The notes under the pieces are model-generated. The model was given only the letters and a program-made list of their open reading frames with translations. It was not told the origin of the DNA and made no database searches. Shown in pieces: positions 25,785 through 36,008 of a stretch of DNA of 64,000 nt. A program made the position numbers and the translations under genes. The stretch lies in contig NC_043012.1 in assembly GCF_006345805.1 (NCBI RefSeq), positions 43,958,001 to 44,022,000 on the forward strand. Reading direction: 5' to 3'. The DNA is from Octopus sinensis (lineage: Eukaryota). Within the stretch, counting starts at the first letter, position 1. Each line of letters begins with the position of its first letter.

Positions 25785-25883
25785 GGGCTCCCCTCCGAGT
25801 GCGAAGTACGGCAACCAGAATTTGTGGTGGTGCTGCAGAAAACAGAAGGCTTGCCGATCCCCCAGAAGACTTGGTACATACTA

Positions 25884-28800
25884 TTATACAATAATAAACA
25901 TTTTAAAGAAAGTTAAATGTAAATTGTTTTTGAAAGTTTCTTGGCCAATGCACTGTTCTGCCCGATTTTGTAACATACGGTGTGCTCGGGGCACCCGTTG
26001 ACGGCGAGGGTGGTGTTGTAGGAGCCGGTGAAGGTGTTTGTGCAGGTGAAGGCGTTTGTGCAGGTGAAGGCGTTTGTGCAGGTGTGAAAGTGTTGTTAAA
26101 GGTGCATAGGTGGGTGTGTCAAGGTTGTCATCAAAAGATGAAGACGTCTCAAAATGTGCCTTTTTTAAACGGTCCACGGAAACGGTCTCCGAACGACCAT
26201 TTATCTCAATCGTGAAAACCTTTGGTGTGCGAGAAAGCACACGAAAAGGTCCTTTATAGGGAGAAACAAGTGGGCCCTTCACAGAATCGTCCCGAACAAA
26301 AACATGCGACCAGGTGTTCATATCCGGTGGAAGATGGGACGGTGGAGATTGCTTTCTGGGAAGCATGGGCGGAAGGTTTGAAAAATATTCCCGCAGTCTG
26401 GTGACATAGGTCGCCGGATCATGGGGCGGGGAAGTGTCTGGCACACATCGTACCGGGCAATGCCAGTGTGGTACCATACAGCAGCTCTGGCAGCAGAAAA
26501 CCCCAGGTCTGCCTTGACAGCAGTCCGACAGCCGAGAAGCACAATGGGCAGAAATTCGATCCAGGACTGTGGGTCCGAAGAGGCACGAAGAGCGGCCTTG
26601 AGCTGTCTATGGAACCGCTCAACCAATCCATTAGACGCTGGATGGTAGCTTGTGGTGTGGATATGGTGCATACCCAAAATTCGCGACAATTCGCGAAATA
26701 GCGAGGCCTCAAACTGTCGTCCACGATCAGTTGTCAATCGGGACGGGACTCCGAAACGAGAAATCCAGTTTGAAACGAAAGCTCGCGCAACAGTCTCAGC
26801 AGAAATGTCTGCTATCGGAATGGCTTCTGGCCAGCGAGCGGAACGATCGACACAAGTTAATAGATAAGAGAACCCGCGACTCACAGGCCATGGTCCAACC
26901 AGATCGATGTGGACATGGCGAAAACGGGCCTCCGTGGGGGGAAATTGTCCAAGCGGGGCACGAACGTGCCGTTGAATCTTGGATCGTTGACACTTGGAGC
27001 AGGTGCGTGTCCAACAAGTAATTGTGCGACGCATATTCGGCCAGAAAAACCGAGCAGTGATTAATTTGAGGGTGGCAGCGATGCCAGGATGTGATAAGAA
27101 GTGCAGTGCTTCAAACACTGAGCGTTGATGGGTCTCAGGCACCAGTGGCCTGGGAGATCCAGTTGAAGTGTCACAAAGAATGGTGCCTTCGGCTGACGGA
27201 AGCGGAAGGTAGGAAAACTGGCAACAGGAGAACTTGGGAGAAGTTAAATCTAACGACGCCAAAGGTGGCTGCTCCTGCGAATGGCAGCTAAGTCGATAGC
27301 AGCAGGAGACGAAAGGGCGCAAACTGGAAGGCGAGAGAGAGCGTCAGCAGGAACGTTCTCTTTTCCAGGTATGTGTCGAATGTTGCTAGTAAATTGAGAG
27401 ATAAAATCCAGGTGCCGAAAAGCACGGGGTGAGAGTTTGTCCGTTTTTGAAAACAGGGCAAACGTAAGGGGCTTGTGATCCGTATAGATCACAAAATCTC
27501 GCCCTTCAAGTTGATGCTGGAAATGACGAACCGATAGGTAGATCGCTAGGAGCTCACGATCAAAGGTGCTGTATCGTCGTTCAGCTGGTTGCAGTTGACG
27601 GGAAAAGAAGGCTAGAGGTCGAACATGGTCATCCACTGTGTGTTGTAACACAGCGCCAATCGCAGTGTCCGATGCGTCCACAGTCAAAGAGAGAGAAGCA
27701 CCAGGAACTGGATGCAGCAAGCAAAGAAACAGAAGCCAGCTCCTTCTTAATGGACTCAAAGGCTGTCACTGCCTCAACAGAGAGGGTGACTTGACTGTCC
27801 TTTCTAGGAGAGTCCTTTAACAGCCTGGTGAGAGGTAGCAGCTTATCTGCACAACCGGGAATGAAGCGTCGGTAGAAATTGACCATCCCTAGATAATGCC
27901 TGAGCTGGCGCAAGGAAGTGGGGGGTGCGATGCGTTGAATGGCATCGACTTTTGACGAGAGGGGGCTGATTCCAGTCGAATCAATATGATGCCCTAGAAA
28001 ATCTAGGGAAGAGCGTCCGAAAACACACTTGTCGGGGTTTATGCGTATGCTATACGCGCGAAGACGCTGGAAGAGTTGAGAAAGGTGCCGGAGATGATTT
28101 TCTCGTGTGTCGCTCGCAATGAGTATGTCATCGACATAGGCAAACACAAAATCAAGACCGCGGACAACCTCATCAATGAAACGCTGGAAGGTGCTAGTAG
28201 CATTCCGCAAACCGAAACTCATGTACAAAAACTCAAAACACCCAAACGGGGTAGTGATTGCAGTTTTTGGAACGTCGGCTGGGTTGACCGGTATTTGGTG
28301 GTAAGCGCGTATCAGATCGACCTTCGAAAAAATGGTACAACCATGGAGATTTGCTGTAAAGTCCCGGAGATTTCTAATCGGATAGCGATCGGCTATTGTG
28401 ACGGCATTGAGGCGTCGATAGTCTCCAACCGGGCGAAAATCAGACGCCCTTTCGCGCCAAATGAAGGGGAGATGCCCATGGGCTGGTGGAGGGGCGTATA
28501 ATGCCAAGTTGAAGCATGTGCTCAAACTCGGCTCTGGCCGTTTTAAGTCGGTCTGGCGCTAGGCGCCGGGGGCGTGAGAATACAGGTGGCCCATTGGTGG
28601 TGATGAAATGGAGGGTCGAGTGGGTAGGATTTTCCGGTTTAAAGGCAATGTCCACTAGCTCCGGAAATGAAACCAAAAGAGAGTGAAAAGGGTCTCCAGA
28701 GTGGCAACAAAGAATGTCGGGCTAAGGACCGCAGTGGTGGAACTCCCAGTCGTGTGTAGAGAGCGACGTCGTGCTATCAAGAAGCCTCCGACGCCTGACA

Positions 28801-29614
28801 TCCACCAATAGGTTAAACCTATCCAGGAAATCAGCGCCGAGAATAGGATGCGGGATGTCAGCGATGACGAAAACCCATCGAAAGTCTCGACGAAGGTTGA
28901 GGTTGAGGCGCAGCGAAATCTGACCGTAAGTGGTTATGGGAGACGAGTCAATAGCATGCAAGACAATCGAAGAGCGCTTCGGCTTGTCTGCAGCCAGACG
29001 AAGGGGCCAGATGCTGCAACAGGAGCCGGTGTCTACCATGAAGAATTTCTCCGACACCAGATCTTTTACAAAAACTGCACGATTTTGGGAATGGCGATGG
29101 AAGAAGGTGACGTGCTCACCTCCTCCGGACTTAGTTTTCCGAGGGCTTGAAAATGCACGGCTGGGTACACCGATCTGCCTTTTGGTAGTAGAGCGACTAC
29201 GACTGCGTTGTCGGCGCTCGATCGCACGGGATAGATCGTCGATTCGCCGCGTGAGCGCATCAATCCGCTCGGTTAGTGAAATTTGCGCAGGGCCCCCTAT
29301 ACATGCACAGAGGCCTCGCGATGGAGATGGATTCGGAAATTCCAGTATTCCATCGGCCATCGTGGCAATCTGAATATTGCTCTCCCCGAACGTGTGTTGC
29401 GGCGGAGGATTTCTGCTTTCACAGACGCGTATGTGGCATCCGGGTGGGGACTTATTATTAGATCCCTGATCGATGCGGCGAGTCGGGGATGTAAGCCGGA
29501 ATATAGCAGGTGCAACTGCTGCTGTGGAGAAATGGCATGTGCATCAAAATACCACTCCACTTGGGCAAACCACAGGCCCATATCCCCCGTAAATGAAGGC
29601 AAACCTGAAGCCAT
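25884..29614 (-). pseudogene. gag-pol of element B, broken by deletions and frameshifts
   Basis: ORF pieces: gag (LWFAQVEWYF), protease (FMVDTGS), RT (YRRLN...FAYVDDILIAS), RNase H (LTVDASD...ELLAI...YTDH...ADALS), integrase (H..SH...[21 protein letters not shown]) and a GPF/Y-like GPLVSPYKGPF segment. Confidence 0.9.
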
Positions 29615-29984
29615 GCCTTTGTCGGAAGGAATCTGTGAGAAGGGGGCAGAAGGTATGGTCTAGAAGTGGAGAGAGAACACGTGGAACCGAGAAGGCAATT
29701 CAAAATTGTGTTTGTGTGTGCACCTCGTGGGTAGCAAAAAAAGGAATAGGTGTGTACAAGGAAAACAAAATACAGAAAAGGAAAAAAAATGAATGTGTGT
29801 GTTGTTTTCTTTTTTCTTTGTTTTTTTTTTTTTTGTACTGTGTGCGATGAATAAGGCTATTTGACCCACCTCGCCGTGCTGAAAAGGAGAAAATAGGAAA
29901 ATAAATGTGAATTTCCGCGCTCTTCGGCCCCAAAAAAAAACCTGTTCGCTGTGTCTTTTTCTATCCTGTTCTTTTTCTCAACTA

Positions 29985-29994
29985 GGGGTCACCA
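29985..29994 (-). promoter_or_regulatory. Primer binding site of element B (tRNA-Trp type)
   Basis: TGGTGACCCC lies 2 nt inside the 5' LTR and matches the 3' end of eukaryotic tRNA-Trp (complement TGGTGACCCCGACG). Confidence 0.75.
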
Positions 29995-29996
29995 AT

Positions 29997-30404
29997 TGTA
30001 ACGTGAAAGGATCTATCATCGAAGCACTGGCAGGGTGTCGAGATCCTTTCTAGTCACATACAATAATTCTTGTAGAAAACAAACAGACGAAACTCAGGTT
30101 AAAGGTGAACAGACAACTTGGTTTATTGATTCATGGTTGTACGTTGTCTGATGGGGGAATAGACAGCCTCTGAGATACTGCTGGTGTTGGTCGTTGAGGT
30201 TGGTTGAAGCTGGTGTGTGGCTGTCAGAGCCAGGAAAACCGTGACCGATCGCAGTGCTGTCTTGAGCCGAAGAGAGAGATTTGAGGTTCGCGGGCTCGAG
30301 AGATGTTTTCCCGCACATGCGCATGGGGAAGACTTCCGGTGGCCACCCGGAAGTAGTCCCATTCTGCGCATGCGCGCCGAACCCTACACAGTAGCATCAC
30401 TACA
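29997..30404 (-). repeat. 5' LTR of element B
   Basis: Identical to 25377-25784; AATAAA on the minus strand at about 30122-30127. Confidence 0.97.
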
Positions 30405-33118
30405 GGTCCACCAAGGTCAGTAGGTACGAGTAGCCCTGTGAAGCTGGTAGGGGGCCGAGAAGGTCGATATTGACATGGCTGAATCGGGCCTGAGGTGTAC
30501 TTTGGTGTGTTGACGGACCCTGGCTTGTTGACAGGGGATGCAGAACCTGGTCCAGTCCCCGATTTGCTTGGACATACAGTGCCAGATAAATATGCTTGAC
30601 AACAGCCGCCGTGTAGCTTTAGTACCTGGGTGGGAGAGTCCATGAATGACGTCGAAAACTTTCTTGCGCCAGGTTGATGGGACGATTGGTCGTGGCTTGC
30701 CAGTGGATAGTAGGATTGTACCGTTTGAGCCAAAATGTAAATCCTGCAAAGAAAGTGATGTGATGGCTGTGCGGTAGGCCCTGATCCCGTCATCTGTCTG
30801 TTGGGTTGCAGCCATAGCTTCGTAATCCAAGCCTTCTGTTATTGGTGCTAGGTAGGTGTGAGAGCGGGTAGGAGCACGAGAAAGTGCGTTGGAAACTGGG
30901 TTGCCTTTGCCAGCTATGCATTGTATGTCTGTGGTGTACTAAGAAATTACCGATAGCTGTCGTTGTTGGCGTGCCGACCAAGGCTCCGAGAGCTTGCTCA
31001 TAGCAAAGGTGAGTGGTTTGTGATCCGTGAATACTGTAAACGTGCGGCCTTCAAGGAAATACCGAAAGTGGCGGACACTTAGATGGACAGCCAGTAGTTC
31101 CCTGTCCAAAGCACTGTATTTCTGTTCAAGGGATCGTAGTTGTCGGCTGAAGAAGGCGAGTGGTCGCTACTGTTGATGTATTGTTCAAAAACACCTCCAA
31201 TAGTTGTGTCGGATGCATCAACTGTGAGTACAGTCCGAGCTGACATGTGAGGATGGGGCAGCATGGTTGCTTGGGCCAGGGCTTGTTTTCTGGATTCGAA
31301 GGCTGAAGTTATTGTACTGTCCCACTCCACCTGTCTTTTTGCACCTTCTTTTGATGGTGCCTTGTACAGGGGTCTCATCACGTTTGCTGCAGAAGGGTTG
31401 AAGCGATGGCAAACGTTTACCATGCCCACAAATTGATATAGAACCTTGTTTGTGGTGGAGCGTGGAAAGGATAGAATAGCTTTTACTTTACCTGGCAGGG
31501 GTGTAGCGCCAGCACTTGTGATTCGATGTCCCAAGAAGTCGATTTCTGTCGCACCAAAAATGCATATGGCGGGATTGATTACTAAACCATACTGTTCCAG
31601 CCAATCAAAAAGAGTCACTAGGTGCCTCTTATGTAGCTCTGCGTTTGGGCTTGCAATGAGGATGTCATCTAAGTATGCAAAGACAAAATCAAGACCTCTG
31701 CACAGAGTGTCCATCAAGCGTTGGAAGGATTGTGCCGCATTTTTCAGCCCAAAGCGTTACGTAGGAATTCGTACAGACTGAAAGGAGTGATCACAGCGGT
31801 TTTAGGTACATCGTCGTCTTGTACTGGTATTTGGTGGTATCCCCGGATGAGGTCAACCTTGGAGAAAACAGAGCACCCGGCTAGTTGGGCAGAAAAATCT
31901 TGTATATTTGGAATGGAGTAGCGGTCGGGTGTCGTATCCGCATTGAGACAGCGCTAATTTCCGCAGGGTCGATAACGTCCGTTGGATTTGGGGGCTACAT
32001 GCACAGGTAATGATCAGGGACTGCTTGATCGGCGAACAATACCCAAGGCCTCCATATTGTCGAATTCGGCCTTTGCGATTGGTTGCTATACGGGGGGGGG
32101 GGGTTATTGGGGGTTATTGGCGACCACTCACTTTCTTCAAATCCACCAGTAGTAAATGTGCTCGAAGAAACTCTGCACCGATTATGGGCTGATGGACATA
32201 GGTGATGGTGGAAGCCCATGTGTATTTTCGTGGGCCGACATTGAGGAAAAAGGTGCGACGACCGTATGCCTCGATTGTGGACCTGTTGGTGACTGTTAAA
32301 GGTTGGCTATGCTTTCCGTGATTGATGTCCCTTGCCGACGCCGGGATGATGCTGACTTCTGCTCCTGTGTCGATGAAGAACCTGCACCCGGAGCTGCGAT
32401 TGCGGACATAGAGGAGCATTTTGGCCATGTCTACCGGCCACCATGGTGTTCAATGGCAGCCGACCCTGGTGTTTCCCTGGTTCACTGGTGAAGGGATCCT
32501 GAAGCTACATGATTGTTTACATTTTGTCGCCTTTTTACCAAACTTTGCACGGTAGAAGCACAGGTCATCAAGCTTAACCCTACCCAGTCTCGGACCCGGC
32601 CCTATGGCGTTGACCACTGGATAAAAAAAATGCCTGTCAGTTGCCTTTGCTAATTGATTTCGGTCTGAGTTCTGAGGGCCTGGACCTGGGGTGGAAGCTT
32701 GCGGAGGAATATTTCTTTAAACAAAAAGGAAGGTAACTCACCGGGGGTGGGGACTAATGCCAACATCCTGTCCATCAGTTCTGACGGCTTGGAATCGTCT
32801 AATTCCTCCTCCAGTATCCTGGCTGCCACTTCTCTTTCACTGCGTCGGAATGTATCCACTTGCTTATCTTTCACTATGGCATATTTGTTTATTGGTGGGG
32901 GTGGGTTAAAATTTCCAGCAACCTCGTTGCTGTGTCTTCGTCTAGTGTCGCCACAGCTTGCGAGTACTCTGTTTGGTCAGCCGTTATCTTGTTTATATCA
33001 AATTGAGCTTCTGCCTGCACGAACCACAACTCAGCCCTCTTAGACCAGAACTGTGGTAGCCTCAGTGGTGTTTTGTTGCCAGCCATGTTTGTTTCGGTAG
33101 CGGGAGCTGCTGTCCGAT

Positions 33119-33132
33119 CGTCGGAGTCACCA
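33119..33132 (-). promoter_or_regulatory. Primer binding site of element A (tRNA-Trp type)
   Basis: TGGTGACTCCGACG, a 13/14 match to the tRNA-Trp complement, 2 nt inside the 5' LTR. Confidence 0.8.
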
Positions 33133-33134
33133 GT

Positions 33135-33396
33135 TATAGCCTTGTTAAGCTATACGTAAACAAACGAGTGGAGACGAGTATGCATTTATTAAAAGTTTAT
33201 TACTTTAGGTACAAAAGGGCTTAAGTCGACAGTTATTTTTGTATAGTTCCTTCAGATTCGTTTCACGCACGCTGCTGTCATTCATCTGTTACCGTTCTCC
33301 GCCTGGAAGTTCTTTTCTTTCCTGGTGACCAACTTCCTAGTTAGCCCGCAGCGAAGTATCTGACCACAGTTCGTCTGCCACGAATCCTACCCCACA
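33135..33396 (-). repeat. 5' LTR of element A
   Basis: Direct repeat of 24813-25074. Confidence 0.92.
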
Positions 33397-33619
33397 ATAG
33401 GCATATTGCTGGGTGTGGCTTCTCAGCTTCAAATTGTATTAGATAATATATTTATATGCACGTTGTCAATGAAATCAACCGCATGTATACGTTCCGAAAT
33501 AAACTTACACTTCATTTTAATGGCTCTGGGGACGCTAAAGAATGCTGCACATGTACTAAAATTTGAGTGCACTGCTTCTTATAGCAGAAACAGTTGTAAG
33601 CCAATTATGTTGTTTCCAG

Positions 33620-34410
33620 TGCAAGCTTAGGGCATATAAGAGGTGTAGTGGTATCACTGGAAAGTTAATGGAAAAAATAGTCATTTTGTGTGACAAATGT
33701 GCAGTTACAATAAGCACTAAAAATGCACAGACAATGCACTCCCTCAGATGCTTAGGGGCTTCATTAGAAGTAGTTGATAACTACTGTTACTTAGGCGATC
33801 AAGTTAGCAGTGGAGGAGGAAAATCTAAAAGTGTAATTGCTAGAATAAGAACGAGCTGGGTAAAGTTCAGAGAGTTGCTATCTTTGTTGGTAACTAAGGA
33901 CCTCTCCCTCTGAGTGAAAGGCAGATTGTATAATGCCTGTGTACATGCATGGCAGTGAAAGGTGGGCTTTGACTACAGAGGACTTGTGAAGGCTTGAGAG
34001 AAATGAAGCCAGCATGCTAAGCTGGATGGGTAATGTCAGAGTGTAAATGATTTAAGAGGAAAATTAGGTATATGAGGCATCAGATGCTGTGTGCAAGAGA
34101 GAAGACTGTGCTGGTTTGGTGATGTGATGCATACAGGTTGGTCCTTTACAGGTGCCAGTATCACATAAAATGAATTTGTGCTGGTACTGAATAAATGCAC
34201 TCATGCCAGTGCCATGTAACAAGCACCCGGCACAATCTGTAAAGTGGTTGGCATTAGGAAGGGCATCCAGCTGTAGAAACCATGCCACAACAGACAATTG
34301 GAGTCTGAACAGCTCCCTGGCTTGCCAGCTCCTGTCAAACCGTCCAACCCATGCCAGCATGGAAAGTGGATGTTAAATGATGATGGTGATGATGATGATG
34401 ATGATGATAC
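33620..34410 (+). mobile_element. Decayed RTE-type LINE 3' fragment (same family as 49050-50455)
   Basis: AYKRCSGITGKL...LEVVDNYCYLGDQVSSGGG...ARIRTSWVKFRELL; ends in the family 3' UTR and a (GAT)n tail. Confidence 0.75.
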
Positions 34411-34411
34411 A

Positions 34412-34445
<34 letters not shown>

Positions 34446-34454
34446 CATATATAC

Positions 34455-35530
34455 AGGGTGTCTCAAAAAATATATACACACATTGAATGATCACAAAGTC
34501 AGTGTTTATTAAAACACATTTTCAAAATTTATTGGAATGTACAGGCATAATTTAATTTTGTTACGAATGCCTGTTGACGACTGTTCTGGTCCAGGCATTG
34601 CAGATAACACAAAACAAGGGAATCATGAAAGATCAAGAAACATTTCATTCAGTTTTGTGCTTGTTTTTGTTAAATGGCTGATATTGGTTTATCAGTTGTT
34701 GCTAGTTTTGTACCATAAATTTTTAAGTATCCCATAAAAAAGTCTTGGTGGTGAAAGTTCCAGTAAACATGGAAGGTATTCTACTTAGCCTCTTCATCCA
34801 TCCCACCTATTTGACAAAATCTCATTAAAGTGGGCCCTGTCCAGCTAGAAAGAAAATTCTACACCTTCAAATAACTCTTGAATGTTTGGCATGAAAGATA
34901 GTTGCAGCAAGTTTGAGGAAATAACACCAGTCATCATCATCATCATCAACATTTAGCTTCTATTTTCCATGCTGGCATGGGTAGGACGGCTTGACAAGAA
35001 CTGGAAAGGCCAGGGGTTGCGCCAGATTCCATAGACTGTTTTGACATGATCCCTAATGCTAATCACCTTACAGAGTCTACTGGGTGCATTTTATGAGGCA
35101 CCAACACCAGTGCATTTTATGTGGGATCCACACCAATGTTTTTCACATGGTCCCTTGGTTTTAGGTTCTCAACTCTGCTGTGGTGGGCAGATCTTCTTAA
35201 GTACAGCAAAGCACCTCTGATTTTGGGCCTCTGTCATTGTACCATCAAAAAAGAATGGTTCAATTAATCCTTTCAATAAGGCACACCACACTATAACTTC
35301 TGGCAAATTAGCATGATCTTCCTCCATCATATGCAGATTCTCTAAGAACTCCAGTGGGTGCAATTGTGGCAGTTAATTGATCCATTTAATTTCAATATAG
35401 CCTCATCACTGCAAACAATCTTTGTCGGTGAAGTGTACATGTTCTCCACATCTTGTCAAGAACCTCCAGCAAAACTCCACTCTTACATCTGGATCCTCTT
35501 CATTGAGAGCATGGACTCTTCTTGGAATGT
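34455..35530 (-). mobile_element. Fragmented Tc1/mariner-like relic
   Basis: TA-CAGGGTGTCTCAAAAAA terminus at about 34455, and the transposase-like PEVIVWCALLKGLIEPFFFDGT on the minus strand; interrupted by an RTE tail. Confidence 0.45.
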
Positions 35531-35634
35531 AAAATTTCCAATGGCAGTCCCAATTCTACTATAGCCTTGGGCCAACCAAAGCCTTGTGAGTGGATTTGGA
35601 TGACAGAAACTGAAGAACGCTCATCATATATATA

Positions 35635-36008
35635 TGGCACAGGAGTGATTGCATGGTAAGAAGCTTGCTTCCCAGCCACATGGTTCTGGGTTCAGTCCCA
35701 CTGCGTGTGTTCTACTATAGCCTTGGGCCAACCAAGGCCTCATGAGTGGATTTGGTAGATGGAAACTGAAAGAAGCCCGTCATGTGTGTGTGTGTGTATT
35801 TGTGTGTTTGTGTCTGTGTTTGTTCCCCCACCATCACTTGACAACTGATGTTGGTGTGTTTATATCCTCATAACTTAGCAGTTTGGCAAAATCGACTGAT
35901 AGAATAGGCTTACAAAGAATATGTCCAGGGGTTGATTTCCTCGAATAAAAGGCAGTGCTCCAACATGGCCGCAGTCAAATGACTGAAATGAGTAAAAGAA
36001 TAAAAGAA
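35635..36008 (+). mobile_element. SINE family 1
   Basis: GGCACAGGAGTGATTGCATGGTAAG...GGTTCAGTCCC head; tail GACTGAAATGAGTAAAAGAATAAAAG. Confidence 0.75.

Larger units (their letters stand above)
25377..30404 (-). mobile_element. Ty3/Gypsy LTR retrotransposon B (CsRn1-like), nested in the integrase of A
   Basis: Identical 408-bp TG...CA LTRs; 4-bp TSD GGTC (25373-25376 and 30405-30408); gag-PR-RT-RH-IN order on the minus strand. Confidence 0.97.
24813..33396 (-). mobile_element. Ty3/Gypsy LTR retrotransposon A (CsRn1-like), defective, interrupted by element B
   Basis: 262-bp LTRs at both ends (11 hand-counted mismatches); imperfect 4-bp TSD ATAT/ATAG. Gag (PLRLPQFWSKRAELWFVQAEAQF), protease (FFIDTGAEVS), RT (FAYLDDILIAS), RNase H (TVDAS) and integrase remnants lie on the minus strand. 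Confidence 0.92.

Noticed and set aside
25884-26100. His-rich HLHKRL repeat as a metal-binding peptide
   Set aside because: Alternative-frame reading of the 18-bp repeat; the conserved integrase tail motif lies in another frame.
28722-29360. 212-aa ORF as a functional in-frame gag-protease fusion
   Set aside because: It appears to arise from two compensating lesions (Cys/His-box deletion and a probable 1-nt loss in an A run), and upstream gag is itself broken.
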